IMG/VR virus record: IMGVR_UViG_3300025809_001850
DNA from: a virus
Taxonomy: Duplodnaviria; Caudoviricetes
Direction: 5' to 3' (one strand)
Length of the DNA: 64,000 nucleotides
Below the pieces are notes generated by a model, which did not search any database, had not been told where the DNA came from, and saw only the letters and a list, made by a program, of their open reading frames with translations. Below, one piece after another: positions 21,601 through 30,904 of the stretch. The first letter of the stretch is position 1; the number at the start of each line of letters is the position of its first letter. A program made the translations under genes and the position numbers.

Positions 21601-24600
21601 TTTATGTTAATGGAAAGCAAATTGGTGAACCATTGCAAAACGATATTTATTATGGTTATCCAACAAAACTCGAAATTGGCAGAGGATTAAACTACGAAAA
21701 CAAATTAACTTATTTCAGAGGTTACATTGATTCACTTAAAATTGTTAAACGTCATGTAAAATATGGATGTGAATTTGAACCTGGATATTTTGGAAATTGT
21801 GAAAGTGATGTACTTCCAACTCCAACTCCAACTCCAACTCCCACACCAACTCCCACTCCAACTCCGACACCAACTCCGACTCCTGTTCCTGAAAAGACAT
21901 TAAGAATTTATAGTAACTATAAAGATACTGCAAATATAGTGATCGTCAACGGAAAGCAAACACAAGTTGATGACTTTTATGAATTTTCCTTGTTACCTGG
22001 ATCTAAAATTGAATTTATTCCAACTACAAATCATTCATACATTTTTAAACAATTGCATGGTGATACAAGTTGGTTGATTAAAAATAAAGGTGTTATGCCC
22101 AATTATGATGTAGATATTCGTTTTGAATATGCAACATATGATCCCAAAGATTACATGACTAATTGTGAAGATAAATGTCCATGTGATGAACCAGAATTTG
22201 AAAAACCGATAAATGTTGTACCAAATCCAAGGCAATCATTGATCTTCCACGAACATTTGGATCAAAAGAAAGTATTTGAACGAGATGAAGAATTTGAAGC
22301 ATCATTACCAGGAACACCTGGTATCACGTGTGAGTATGAAGTGGGTATGCGAGTTAGTGGACCGATTATCCGAAATTCAAAAACCGATAGTGCATATATT
22401 TGGAGAGACTTGATATTAATAAGAAACAACAAATATGTTTTTAATTTTGAAAATAACGAATCTATTATCAAATTGTACGACAAACATGGTGTAGAACTAA
22501 CTGAATTACAGGGAGTGTATTCTTCGGAAGAGTGGGTATATCCTCTTATAGTTATGCCAAACGACAGAACTCCTGATTTCATAGAATACAGATTATTTGA
22601 AAAAGATATGGGTCACGGTGATATTATGGTTAAAAACTTAAACCACATTGCTGGTTTGGTTACTGCGTACAATTATGTATTTGGTTCAAAAACAGAGATT
22701 GCAATTGAAAATGGAGAACTACTAACTAGTTCACGTAAAAATGGTGTATACTACGTAGGAATAACTGAGTATGTAGATTTAAACGAAGTATCTATAACTT
22801 CATCAAGTGGTCAGGAACCCAATTTACAAGAAACCAATAGTTTAAATTACAAGAATGTTTCTGGATATCTGGATACAAACTTGATAACTACAATGTTCTC
22901 AGAGTTGCTTGTGGAAGTGGGCAATTACAGAAAAACTCATATAGAGTTGTCAAGATTCTTGGGACTTCGTCCTGGTAAGAACTTATTAAAATTAGATTAT
23001 ATGAGTACATTTATGTGGACAGACCATTTAAATTTACATGAGTTGACCAAAATTTTACTTTTAAATTTATTGTTTGAATATGCTCACAAATTTAATCAGT
23101 TTGATAAACTAATGGAAATTCTAATAAATCGTATTACAAAATCAAATCAATCATTTAAATACGAAGACGATTATTATATCAAAGACTTGCTTACCTCCGC
23201 AGAATTGGATGCAAGATTCGCAGAAGTTTTCTCAGTTGTGTATGTAAAGATTATCGGTAACATACATTCTGAAGACGGTCTTGGTAATTTATATTCATCT
23301 ATAAAACTCATTAAAACTGAGATTCTAAACAAAGAAAATTATTCTGTTTATATTTTCCATGATAAATTCCGTGAAAACATGAACTCACTTTCTTACTTAG
23401 GAACATCTCAGTTGATGATGCCTGAGTATGTTTTATTAAGTTCCGAGAGATGTACAAATTCTCAACTTGGTAATTACGTGATAAAGAAATTTGATGACTT
23501 GCTTACGCATCCGATGTTTAATAAAAACGAACCATCTGATAAGATGCTGAAACACATGACACATCAAACATTAAGAATATCAGCATTCAAACAATCTTTT
23601 TGTTATACTATACTACCTGTTCCATATAATTTGTATGGTATTTACGATGACATAGAATCATATCAAATTCTTGACAATTACGATGATGCAGATGATTGTT
23701 GTGAGATTGTCAGTATCAATGAAACTTACATGGATAATGTAAAACCACAAATTCAAGAAAATGAAGTGGGTATCTTCAAATTTATCGAAGCAGGTACTTC
23801 GTACAAAATGCTACATTTCCCAATCACCACTTTCAATTTACCTGTGGAAAAAATAAATCATAATCGTTTTCGTGTGTATATCGATGCGAAAATTGATTTA
23901 ACGCAAGTTTCACATTCAGTTCCTGGATACATAACAACTTCAAGAGGAACTGCAAGTAATCTTGGATTCAAATCTATTGATGTAGGATACAATTCAAATC
24001 ATCATAAACGTGAAGTGCATAACACTCAACTTGCAAGAGAAACCGTATCAATTCTTACCACTTGGATGATGCAAGATGGATATTTGAATATTGTAACAGA
24101 TACATCAATTGAATTACAAATCGGTCAATTTATTACAATTCGCAACTCAACCAACAACTCAGTTCTCAACGGAACACATCGTATAAGTGAGGTATCAAAC
24201 AATTCGTTTGTAATAAACTTTAGAGTTCCTGTGAATATGACTATGGCTGATATGCAAAATACTACTGCCGAATTTGATATGCTTACATTCACAAAAATTT
24301 ATTGTAATGTTGAGGGTCTTGTAGTTGGAGATGAATTGGTGTTTGATTATGCAAGTGGCAACGGAAAAACATTTCCAATTGTTGGTGTATCACAAGATGA
24401 TGCTGGGGTTTATGCTTTGATTGATGGAGTTCTTGACCACGAACCTAGTTTCGTTATCAAAAGTGGTTATGACATAGAACCAGAAAATCATGTAATTTTT
24501 ACCCATGAAGGAAGAAGCACTTATTACGAAGTAACCAACACAGACATTCTCAAAGAATCATTGTGGTTGAGTCATTTACCAGATTCAACGGATGAAGGTA

Positions 24601-24650
24601 GATTTGGTAATACTGTTTCGTTCATTGAGATATTTATTAACGACATTTAA
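15636..24650 (+). CDS. Giant modular virion/adhesin protein (3004 aa): N-terminal dockerin-like motif, two FG-GAP beta-propellers, split LamG/ConA-like domain, duplicated A and CC modules, PT linkers
   Basis: [23 protein letters not shown] at the N-terminus. FG-GAP-type blades ([58 protein letters not shown]). LamG motifs [15 protein letters not shown] and [24 protein letters not shown]-terminal L.IG.FI.I...LNGTH.I..V..NSF beta-barrel typical of phage tail/baseplate proteins. Confidence 0.85.
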   Translation: MVRYGDIVNPNGIPDANDVQALLNYIKQGTLPSEGSINFILSNITQKESYVGPGFFEVLYLTKNRNTTDYTGPGYELGLASGKGKSIDATENKFIASFPYAKVQNLFTDDEYAGIAKIYSKNLGTGKYEESDLLFPDTITNPDPETGDAQQTVGNHFHFGENSVAIDGNFAAASALDGSKPYVFVYEDDGTGFTRIHTLSSFSSSSSAAPTVEISGNRLFVGDYTNNKVYVYSIILLKSSDEASKTISIETSTDVSLFGQTLVCKDETNLFIGNPTELVDYSSPVDFKATTGVVYHYAFETNAWNLKNTLLPVFASEPNAIDNAGMYGPSGGVTEYDLDSKFGSYLDVKEKDGSTIYVAVGSPNWYQDSNAEQLDNREGAIFVYEVTTSSATLIKSITKSSVASGSVLVNYELGTGVSLGENYHLYSIYNKDEGSILKFNSSVDDGTRNWATGAELINLQNAGLTGGDLAIDSTDLVYGNAIATNSLRVVYTGASNDVGTFSKLNLRKLNLSASFLKKNNELKSFSINNVPACCDGFENSISTHGDGDERPNVAGISVQFFEDGGSLCFHNLNIDGLSNPYGVRIDMGNKVVYGKIKATGKFQNNEVLYISPTQKKYRGQLTSNSGFENILAFEGNCTVEPTPTPTPTNDGVIDDATPQTPTPTSELIETPTPTPIVYETTKNLLEIHNIDMNKTGLYNQRQKIASINGDLETAINADKNEYIQFNSDTGQYDFVYDANINLAKYPSVSVAGGSGGFAYQLIIALKQPITIPKNSKVNAHFVPINVSFGTAGGAKNTQTNKSPMSGSSTLELESLSATAHTWPGCVCCPFYSFALEENLGSSVVQKDYISIKYLAIGGFVGGCNGKPNYFARLQSIAITSPDIKPPTPTPTIIETCTELEHCDNVSLNIQSTNKTVFELVQDASLNDFKFRHMNGVRFNENDALYGDTSMYFDGEDDYLLSDDMGNAEPLQFEQDDFTIETWIKLEPAPTPTPTPTPTPTPTATPTLTPTPTLTPTPTLTPTATVTPTATLTPTPTVTPTATVTSTDTTPPTPTPTPTETPSPTETVTPTETPTATRTTSYTPTPTGTPSPTGTPTATGTPTATPSETPTPTWNPYNCPIQIGDTLDGTDNRERFGEIATISSSGDRVAITSVWKKVGENPFMGEVKVYESTAPGETQSWMQLGETITGDNSTSESSSFGSSHEFDKTGEILAIGHENSSTRESPSQLISNHGKVRIYKYKTVTSTEWNLSNVLDTNTSDKPIIVNHGKPYSASKKYWVQLGGDLGGVSSSQAGDGFGKSVSLSDDGNMLVVGSPGDSGTGGKKGTGRINVFRFQNNEWQDAGDIPGNKDIPDTVSTVGNFFGNAVKLSGDASTLIVGAPQGTQSGPGFIRIFAHSQNNLNVDIWTKIGSFAGTSDGQGYGTDISCNSDATVVVVGSPYFNDSTGRVYIYTKSGNSYTNSKIINGMHSSSLFGRSVDLNEDGTILVVGSPNMNSRDSIKTGASLTYENDGVTWNLIAVTEGDSDDDLSGTSVGISSTGKTIVVGSSENTTTSPTGDLNTGYANVYDLNWCTDWNNDGKFGATSLKAMSRTTKFDVTSFSTSDTLDVLSSDNIDLELSGLYNKQRKIASFTDGTINNAVSAEQNEFLRYNNQTGHYDFNYSADVSLSQFPYVSEPEGEGGYHYQLIIALKNPIRIPKGAKINANIVPTITDWAGSGQELYKNMETNVVPVKASSHVSLETMPYNSLSWTGCVCCPFTAYKFEHNLGSSVVQGDYEEVRFLMIDQVLNGCNAKPSYEMRLQSLSIRNPNPIQTTNQGCCDEFTNRIDTYGDGADRPSVEGVSVQWFELGGSLCFHDVIIDGLSNPYGVKINVDGNTVYGKIKATGKFKNNEVVYVSPNGSYYRGKLESSQGFSNSLIYVGECKSTELLDRGLSYPIFNIGGAAALTYESESRELRFLENYSLDTTHKVDVGIEQNTWTHLMVSRHNNLMYFYVNGKQIGEPLQNDIYYGYPTKLEIGRGLNYENKLTYFRGYIDSLKIVKRHVKYGCEFEPGYFGNCESDVLPTPTPTPTPTPTPTPTPTPTPTPVPEKTLRIYSNYKDTANIVIVNGKQTQVDDFYEFSLLPGSKIEFIPTTNHSYIFKQLHGDTSWLIKNKGVMPNYDVDIRFEYATYDPKDYMTNCEDKCPCDEPEFEKPINVVPNPRQSLIFHEHLDQKKVFERDEEFEASLPGTPGITCEYEVGMRVSGPIIRNSKTDSAYIWRDLILIRNNKYVFNFENNESIIKLYDKHGVELTELQGVYSSEEWVYPLIVMPNDRTPDFIEYRLFEKDMGHGDIMVKNLNHIAGLVTAYNYVFGSKTEIAIENGELLTSSRKNGVYYVGITEYVDLNEVSITSSSGQEPNLQETNSLNYKNVSGYLDTNLITTMFSELLVEVGNYRKTHIELSRFLGLRPGKNLLKLDYMSTFMWTDHLNLHELTKILLLNLLFEYAHKFNQFDKLMEILINRITKSNQSFKYEDDYYIKDLLTSAELDARFAEVFSVVYVKIIGNIHSEDGLGNLYSSIKLIKTEILNKENYSVYIFHDKFRENMNSLSYLGTSQLMMPEYVLLSSERCTNSQLGNYVIKKFDDLLTHPMFNKNEPSDKMLKHMTHQTLRISAFKQSFCYTILPVPYNLYGIYDDIESYQILDNYDDADDCCEIVSINETYMDNVKPQIQENEVGIFKFIEAGTSYKMLHFPITTFNLPVEKINHNRFRVYIDAKIDLTQVSHSVPGYITTSRGTASNLGFKSIDVGYNSNHHKREVHNTQLARETVSILTTWMMQDGYLNIVTDTSIELQIGQFITIRNSTNNSVLNGTHRISEVSNNSFVINFRVPVNMTMADMQNTTAEFDMLTFTKIYCNVEGLVVGDELVFDYASGNGKTFPIVGVSQDDAGVYALIDGVLDHEPSFVIKSGYDIEPENHVIFTHEGRSTYYEVTNTDILKESLWLSHLPDSTDEGRFGNTVSFIEIFINDI
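18597..18971 (+). repeat. 125-aa Pro/Thr tract including a degenerate 18-nt tandem repeat (CCGACTTTAACTCCAACT, three exact and three variant copies at 18648-18755)
   Basis: Read directly from the sequence; the unit encodes PTLTPT. Confidence 0.95.
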
Positions 24651-24670
24651 TTACGAGGAAAATCTTCAAG

Positions 24671-26344
24671 ATGCAAACCGTAACAACTGATTTTATAGAA
24701 TTATCTCAACTTAAACAATTCTTACAAAAACATAAAAGTATAAATTTGGATGATTTGGAAAAACACAGATTCGGTCAATCTGTGTTGAACAACAAGTTTT
24801 TTCACGACTTTGACATGGACGGCAAAATAACTTTTTCTGACTATAACATTGCGTGGAATTGGATATTACAAGGAAAACCAACCGACATTTTTGAATTTGC
24901 GAAAAATAAAAGTGCATCACCAAGAGCATATAAATTACCTTATCAGTTTATTCAAGACAATGATGATAATATTCTATTGGATAACCGAATACCTGAATAT
25001 GATTCTAATGATGGATCAGTTGTAGGAGAAGCAGTAATTTCAATGAGTGGTGAATCAACTTCAGCTGAATTTGAAGTCACAAAAAGTAGCACAAGTGAAC
25101 CTTCATCTGATTTTAATAATGATGGTGAAGTAGATGATCTTGATTTACAAATTCTTGAAGGTTACATTTTAATGCAACCAAGTACATTAGAAGAATACAA
25201 TGCTAACCGAGGAAATTTTCCATTAGCAGTAAATTTACCAAGTGTTCTGACTGCGAAATTTTCGTGTGATCCTGTATACTATTATGGTGATATTGATATG
25301 TCTGGTCATGCGTTAGTAAATGATGCGGACATAGAATATTATATTGATATATTAAATGGAACAGAACCGTTACCTGGACAAAAAACACTTGCTTTTCTAT
25401 TAAGTAATACAATTCCATATGAAGCAGTAAGAACCTGTGAATTAAACGGAAGCATTGAAAATTCAGAGATATGTGTTAAATTACAAGAAGGTGTATTTGC
25501 AAAACAAAATACACAAAGTTTTACAAGCAGTTTGTATTTTACTTTAAATTATGATACAACACAATCATCATCAACTAATCGTGATGTATGGAGTTATTCT
25601 GATTCAGATGTAAATATTGAAATTGGTGGAAAAATCAACAATTCATGGTATATCATTGTAAAAGATTTGACACTTGACGGGAATGTCATGGATGCGTTTT
25701 ATGGAACGATGCTTTATTTGTCAAAAGAAGACCCAAGTGCAACTTATCCTTGGTGTGCAGATTGGGATTGGGATGAAGGCTACGATGACAATACTATTCC
25801 AGATGCACATAATTTCAACGGAAATTCAAGATACGAGTCAGTTTTAGAAAAACTCGATGAACCAACTTTTCAAGGAATAAGAAAATTAGTAAACGAAGTA
25901 AATCAAGGAACTTGTTCAGATGTTTACGATATGAGTACATTAAATTTTCTAAATCAAGAATCTGAAAATTATGAAGTACAAACTATTGGAGAATTTAGAA
26001 AGCAAAATGCTACTTCAAGTGGTGTGCGAAGTGATTATTTAGGTCCGGGATTTCGTCATACTTTAATGGCGTGCAATATTCGTGACGATATAGTTGCAAA
26101 AGAACTTCATAGTACCATGATGTTTAAAGTAGACTACCGAGATTATCTTATTATGAAAGAGTGGTTACGATTGGGCAATCCTGATACAAAAAATCTTCAG
26201 TCTGAAAATAGTTTAATTGATTGGTTTAATGTAAATAGCAGAGATGGTACACCAATTGCCTGTGCGCTTCCATATCAAATTTATGATTGGATAGGAACAG
26301 GATTTGCATTTGCAAATGCTTATTCCGGTGAAGAAAATCTATAA
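24671..26344 (+). CDS. Multi-dockerin/EF-hand-like protein (557 aa) with a PWxxDW domain
   Basis: Two canonical 12-residue Ca-binding loops, DFDMDGKITFSD (24806-24841) and DFNNDGEVDDLD (25109-25144), plus GDIDMSGHALVNDAD (25286) and a degenerate VDYRDYLIMKEWL (26129). PWCADW at 25748-25765. Confidence 0.75.
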   Translation: MQTVTTDFIELSQLKQFLQKHKSINLDDLEKHRFGQSVLNNKFFHDFDMDGKITFSDYNIAWNWILQGKPTDIFEFAKNKSASPRAYKLPYQFIQDNDDNILLDNRIPEYDSNDGSVVGEAVISMSGESTSAEFEVTKSSTSEPSSDFNNDGEVDDLDLQILEGYILMQPSTLEEYNANRGNFPLAVNLPSVLTAKFSCDPVYYYGDIDMSGHALVNDADIEYYIDILNGTEPLPGQKTLAFLLSNTIPYEAVRTCELNGSIENSEICVKLQEGVFAKQNTQSFTSSLYFTLNYDTTQSSSTNRDVWSYSDSDVNIEIGGKINNSWYIIVKDLTLDGNVMDAFYGTMLYLSKEDPSATYPWCADWDWDEGYDDNTIPDAHNFNGNSRYESVLEKLDEPTFQGIRKLVNEVNQGTCSDVYDMSTLNFLNQESENYEVQTIGEFRKQNATSSGVRSDYLGPGFRHTLMACNIRDDIVAKELHSTMMFKVDYRDYLIMKEWLRLGNPDTKNLQSENSLIDWFNVNSRDGTPIACALPYQIYDWIGTGFAFANAYSGEENL

Positions 26345-26402
26345 ATAATTATTATAAAAACTATCGTAAATTGATACTTATATTTGAACTCAATGATAAA
26401 CG

Positions 26403-27227
26403 ATGGGATATGATATAATTGAAGAAAATAGGTTGCCTCAAAAAGTAGAGTCGGTGTTTTATCACTCATTTATGAGTGGTCTTGCCAACAGAATGAGAGC
26501 ATGGGTAACAAATTCTGCGTTTGCGGAATATTTGGATGTTCCATTTATTATGAAATGGAGACCCGATGATGCGTGTGGCAAAAAGAAGTTTGAGGAATTA
26601 TTCGAAATTCCAGAAAATATGCAATATGAAAGTGGTCGTAGTTATCAACCAGATTCTACTACATTGTGGGTAAAATCAAATTATCCAAATAATAAGTTTC
26701 ACGAAAAATTCATTGAAGGTAACTTTAATTTAACTACATCTGAGTTTCAGGAATATGTGAATAATCAAATTCGTCACATCAAACCGTTACCACATATTCA
26801 GGTAGAAATTGACGATTATACAAAAAAATTAGATGTAGAAAATACAATAGGACTTCATATCAGAAGAACTGATTTAAAAGAACAACATAAAACTCCTGAC
26901 ACTTGGTTTGATCAAAATATCAAACTGGAACTTGAAAAGAATCCAAATGCAAGATTTTTACTTGCAACTGACAACAAGTGGACAGAAGAAAAATTTATGA
27001 TGAAATACGAAGAAATTATGGTTAAAATTGATCGTGATTTTGATGATATACCAGGAGGAGAAATTTACCCAGGAGGTCATCGTCATCGTCATTCTCCAAC
27101 TGAGCAAGGTTTAGTTGATATGTTGCTTCTTGGAAAAACACAAAGAGTGTACGGATGCCACGGAAGCAGTTTTGGTCGTTTCGGTGCATGGTTTGGTAGA
27201 AAAAAGTTTATTTTGTCGGATTTATAA
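26403..27227 (+). CDS. O-fucosyltransferase-like GT-B glycosyltransferase
   Basis: SGLANRMRA N-motif, GLHIRRTD, FLLATDN, VDMLLLGKT..YGCHGSSFG. Confidence 0.75.
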   Translation: MGYDIIEENRLPQKVESVFYHSFMSGLANRMRAWVTNSAFAEYLDVPFIMKWRPDDACGKKKFEELFEIPENMQYESGRSYQPDSTTLWVKSNYPNNKFHEKFIEGNFNLTTSEFQEYVNNQIRHIKPLPHIQVEIDDYTKKLDVENTIGLHIRRTDLKEQHKTPDTWFDQNIKLELEKNPNARFLLATDNKWTEEKFMMKYEEIMVKIDRDFDDIPGGEIYPGGHRHRHSPTEQGLVDMLLLGKTQRVYGCHGSSFGRFGAWFGRKKFILSDL

Positions 27228-27245
27228 GTTGAAAGGAGATGTTGT

Positions 27246-27932
27246 GTGAAAAAGTTCAAAAATTGTTTATTGTCGTTGCCAAGAACAGGATCAAATTGGG
27301 TTCGTTATTGGTTTGAATATTTTTCAAGTGAAAACACAAGTGAACGAAATATTTTAGTGGAAATTAATCATTGGGGAGAATCCCGAACAGAAAAAACCAA
27401 CGCAACATTATACAAACGACATTTATTATCAGAAGAGGATATTGTAAATCGTGACATTCAAAACCTAGTTTACGTGATCAGAGATTACCGAGAGTGCTTT
27501 GTTCGTCATTGTCGTGGACGAACCTTTGACAAGAAGATAAGCAGAATGAGTGATTACACCGACAATTTGAGTGTTTATGATGCGTTTCAAGGAAATAAGA
27601 TGGTGATGTACTATGAAGACTTTGTAAGTGATCCTAAGACCTATATGAAGCAATTTTTGGACTTTTTGGAAATAAAAAACGAATGGCATGATATTGACGT
27701 CAAGGAACACCGAGATATATCGGTTAAATTATATGAAAAGGGTGGAAGTGAAAATATAGGTTCACAAACAAGAGGTGCACCGTCATTAACAAAGGGAAAA
27801 GCAGATTTTCAATTTCATCAAAAAGATTTAGATGATCAAACTATAGCAATGTTGGAAAATTGGTTCATTGAAAATCATAAAGAATTACACGACAAATATC
27901 TTGATCGATACAAGTTGGATAATTCAAAATGA
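27246..27932 (+). CDS. Sulfotransferase-like protein
   Basis: GTG start with AAGGAG SD. PAPS-loop-like LSLPRTGSNW; YVIRDY..C; MYYEDFVSDP. Confidence 0.65.
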   Translation: MKKFKNCLLSLPRTGSNWVRYWFEYFSSENTSERNILVEINHWGESRTEKTNATLYKRHLLSEEDIVNRDIQNLVYVIRDYRECFVRHCRGRTFDKKISRMSDYTDNLSVYDAFQGNKMVMYYEDFVSDPKTYMKQFLDFLEIKNEWHDIDVKEHRDISVKLYEKGGSENIGSQTRGAPSLTKGKADFQFHQKDLDDQTIAMLENWFIENHKELHDKYLDRYKLDNSK

Positions 27933-28663
27933 TTGATAAATTTACAATATTAGGTGAACGATGCAGTGGAACTAATATTCTTCGTGCATTGATGTTAAAA
28001 AACTTTGAATTAAAGTTCACCGAGGAATTTGGTCATCGTCATTTTCAAATATTTCACAACAACTTTGAAAACTCAAATAATTGTTTGTTTATAAGCATCA
28101 TAAGAAATCCGTTTGATTGGATCAACTCTTTATATTTGAAACCTTGGCATCTATCATATGAAACTGCACAAGATAAACATCACTTTCTAAATCATTTGTT
28201 TTTTAGCAAATGGCCATCTTACGAACGCAGAAATACAAAATTAGAGCATATGAACATAGATGTTGAAAATAATCGTGAACAACTGAGTTGTGGTTATGAA
28301 ATTGAACAAGATGCACATTTGATTACCAACAAAAAATATAAAAATGTTTTAGAATGTAGATACGATAAAATAAATTTTATGCAAACTATTTTGCCAATGA
28401 AAGTTGAAAATTGTATTTTAATAAGATACGAAGATTTGATAAATGACTTTGATTATACGATGTTTCGTTTAAGAACTCAATTCAAATTGATTTCTTGTAA
28501 TGTTGGTTTTGAAAAAGAAGAATCATATAAAGGTCGTGCAGTGTTAAAAAAAGGCAATTACATTAAATACCAACCAACTAATTACACAGAATTTCCTGAG
28601 GAAGAAATTAAAAGTCATAACTATTTTGATATGAAACTAGAAAATTCATTTAATTATGTATAA
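27929..28663 (+). CDS. Sulfotransferase-like protein
   Basis: ILGERCSGTN P-loop-like motif, IIRNPFDW, LIRYEDL; ATGA overlap with the previous gene. Confidence 0.65.
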   Translation: MIDKFTILGERCSGTNILRALMLKNFELKFTEEFGHRHFQIFHNNFENSNNCLFISIIRNPFDWINSLYLKPWHLSYETAQDKHHFLNHLFFSKWPSYERRNTKLEHMNIDVENNREQLSCGYEIEQDAHLITNKKYKNVLECRYDKINFMQTILPMKVENCILIRYEDLINDFDYTMFRLRTQFKLISCNVGFEKEESYKGRAVLKKGNYIKYQPTNYTEFPEEEIKSHNYFDMKLENSFNYV

Positions 28664-28702
28664 TCAAAAAAAAGATAAGTATTATAAAAACTCACTAACT
28701 AA

Positions 28703-28710
28703 TATTTATA
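28703..28710 (+). promoter_or_regulatory. TATTTATA element 4 nt before ATG
   Basis: Same 4-nt spacing as at 52688, 55736 and 63949; no SD. Confidence 0.55.
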
Positions 28711-28714
28711 TTAC

Positions 28715-29491
28715 ATGGGAGATTCATCAAAAATATTTGATATAGACTGGAACATTGTCGTTAATTTAGGCATCAAATGCAATACTTTAGGAATATCACG
28801 TTCCGCAGAAGTTCGTTATTATTCAAGTCCATTCGATAACATGGATACAGTTGAAGGACTTACAGAAACCGCAGACTTGATGTCCACTGGATTTGCAAAT
28901 TATTTTGACGATATAAAGGATTGGGAAATCAAGAACGAGGTAGCACCCAGAAGCACCGATATTCGTAATAAAATTGTGTGGCATAAAAACACACCGAACG
29001 TTTATTATCCTCACTTTGCAGATGTGTGGTTCAAAGATAATATGAGTAAAGATGAACTGCACGATTGGAAAGTTGGTGAAGATTTAACAATTGAACCGAT
29101 TTGGGAAGATTTAAAAAGAGTATTCGGAAATCGTCAACAACGTCTTGTGTCGCAATTAAAAAGCAACAACAAAATATTGTTCTTCCGAGCAGACGAAAAA
29201 CGACAACTCAAACGAGTTCATTCAACAAATCAGGATGAACATCTTGAAGAATTTATAACAAAAATGCAAACTGCATTTCCTCAAACCGAGATTGGATTAA
29301 TGTATTTGTATTGTAACAATGCAAAATTTAAAAGAACATTAACATCATCGGAGTATGTTCACACAGAATTAATTCCTGACGGAATGAAAGAAGATGAATA
29401 TTCAATACAAAGACTTAAAGACTTAAGTGTGTTGCCGAGGGAACAGGTGCTTGCAACTGACTTTGACATTGAGTGTAACGATACAGAATGA
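28715..29491 (+). CDS. DUF1796-like protein
   Basis: VNLGIKC...VRYYSSPFDN matches the SLG..C...R..S.PFD signature; close paralogue at 50430. Confidence 0.65.
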   Translation: MGDSSKIFDIDWNIVVNLGIKCNTLGISRSAEVRYYSSPFDNMDTVEGLTETADLMSTGFANYFDDIKDWEIKNEVAPRSTDIRNKIVWHKNTPNVYYPHFADVWFKDNMSKDELHDWKVGEDLTIEPIWEDLKRVFGNRQQRLVSQLKSNNKILFFRADEKRQLKRVHSTNQDEHLEEFITKMQTAFPQTEIGLMYLYCNNAKFKRTLTSSEYVHTELIPDGMKEDEYSIQRLKDLSVLPREQVLATDFDIECNDTE

Positions 29492-30144
29492 TAAGTCACA
29501 AACATAAATTTATTCTTATTCACATTCCGAAATGTGGTGGAACGAGTGTAGAACTTGCTTTGTTGAAAAATGAAGGCATTGAAATGAAAAACTACGATCA
29601 AGATGATCTTAATTTTTTGTCGGAAAACCAAAAACAAAAATATAGAATCGGATACGACTATAAAGGAACATCAACTCAACATCGTAAGATTGATCAATTC
29701 AAGGATGGCAGAGAAAAGAATTATTTTACGTTTACATTCGTCAGAAACCCGTGGGAAAGATTTTTAAGTGAATATTTTTATATTAAAAAATCCGAAGGTT
29801 GTAAGTGCAATAAAGACTTTGATAAGAAGTTTCCAACATTTAAACACTTTGTAAAAAATAATGGAATCAAATGTTGTTATTATGCTCACGATTATCCACA
29901 AATTGACTTTGTATTTAATGCAAATCAAAATAAACTTACAAACTTTGTCGGTCGTTGTGAAGATATGCAATATGATTTTGATTATGTTTGTGGCAAACTT
30001 AAAATACCAAAAACAAAATTACCAAATAGAAATCCAACAAAACACAAACACTACACCGAATACTACGATGAAGAAACAAAGCAAATTGTTGCGGAAAAAT
30101 ACGCAAAAGATATTGAGTATTTTGGATATAAATATGGAGAATGA
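29488..30144 (+). CDS. Sulfotransferase family 2 (carbohydrate sulfotransferase-like)
   Basis: KFILIHIPKCGGTS, FTFVRNPWERFLSEY, FVGRCEDMQYDF, Y..YYD.ET...V...Y.KD...FGY. Confidence 0.85.
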   Translation: MISHKHKFILIHIPKCGGTSVELALLKNEGIEMKNYDQDDLNFLSENQKQKYRIGYDYKGTSTQHRKIDQFKDGREKNYFTFTFVRNPWERFLSEYFYIKKSEGCKCNKDFDKKFPTFKHFVKNNGIKCCYYAHDYPQIDFVFNANQNKLTNFVGRCEDMQYDFDYVCGKLKIPKTKLPNRNPTKHKHYTEYYDEETKQIVAEKYAKDIEYFGYKYGE

Positions 30145-30867
30145 GAAATGAGAATATCGCACAAACATAAATTTTTATTTATTGAAGTCACAAAAACAGG
30201 AAGCACCTCAATCAGAGGTGCGTTAAGTCAATTTTCTGATATTCCGGCCACAACAGAAAAGGACTCACCTCACCCATTAAACATATTAAACCACACTTCT
30301 CCGTTTCGTATTCATGCTCCAGCGTGGGAGTTAAAAAACCAGTTCAAGGAAAGTGAGTGGAACTGGAGTGAATATTTCAAATTTGCATTTGTCAGAAACC
30401 CCTGGGACAGGTTAGTATCAATGCATAACTATAAACTCCGAAGAACGCAAACTTGGAATGATTTTATGTCAGAGTTCCAGGGTCATATGATCAATATGAA
30501 CATGGACATACAAGAGCTTCAATCCCGAGCGTTCTCCCAACCGGTAGAAGAAAAAAATAATGACCATTGCATGAAAATTGATGTGCCTGATTTTCGCAAA
30601 TTTGCCTCAGATCCAGACACACCACAAACCAAGTGGCTAGTGAGTGGTGACGATTTGATCGTGGATTTTATTGGTAGATTTGAAAACTTACAACAAGACT
30701 TCAATACTGTTTGCGACAGAATAGGAATACCACACCAAGAACTTCCTCATGCAAATAAAACCAATCACAGACACTACACCGAATACTACGATGACGAAAC
30801 AAAGCAAATCGTTGCGGAACGATACGCAAAGGACATTGAGTATTTTGGGTACAAATTTGGAAAGTAA
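30049..30867 (+). repeat. 96-nt direct repeat formed by the 3' ends of two adjacent sulfotransferases (30049-30144 and 30772-30867)
   Basis: 84/96 nt identical by codon-wise comparison; first 23 nt identical. Confidence 0.9.
30148..30867 (+). CDS. Sulfotransferase family 2 (carbohydrate sulfotransferase-like)
   Basis: KFLFIEVTKTGSTS, FAFVRNPWDRLVS, FIGRFENLQQDF. Confidence 0.85.
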   Translation: MRISHKHKFLFIEVTKTGSTSIRGALSQFSDIPATTEKDSPHPLNILNHTSPFRIHAPAWELKNQFKESEWNWSEYFKFAFVRNPWDRLVSMHNYKLRRTQTWNDFMSEFQGHMINMNMDIQELQSRAFSQPVEEKNNDHCMKIDVPDFRKFASDPDTPQTKWLVSGDDLIVDFIGRFENLQQDFNTVCDRIGIPHQELPHANKTNHRHYTEYYDDETKQIVAERYAKDIEYFGYKFGK

Positions 30868-30904
30868 CACACTCAAAAACTTATTATAACAACTAATTAT
30901 AGAT

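Noticed and set aside
26340-26347. T4-type late promoter TATAAATA on the plus strand
   Set aside because: A single occurrence overlapping a stop codon in AT-rich DNA; the recurrent motif here is TATTTATA.
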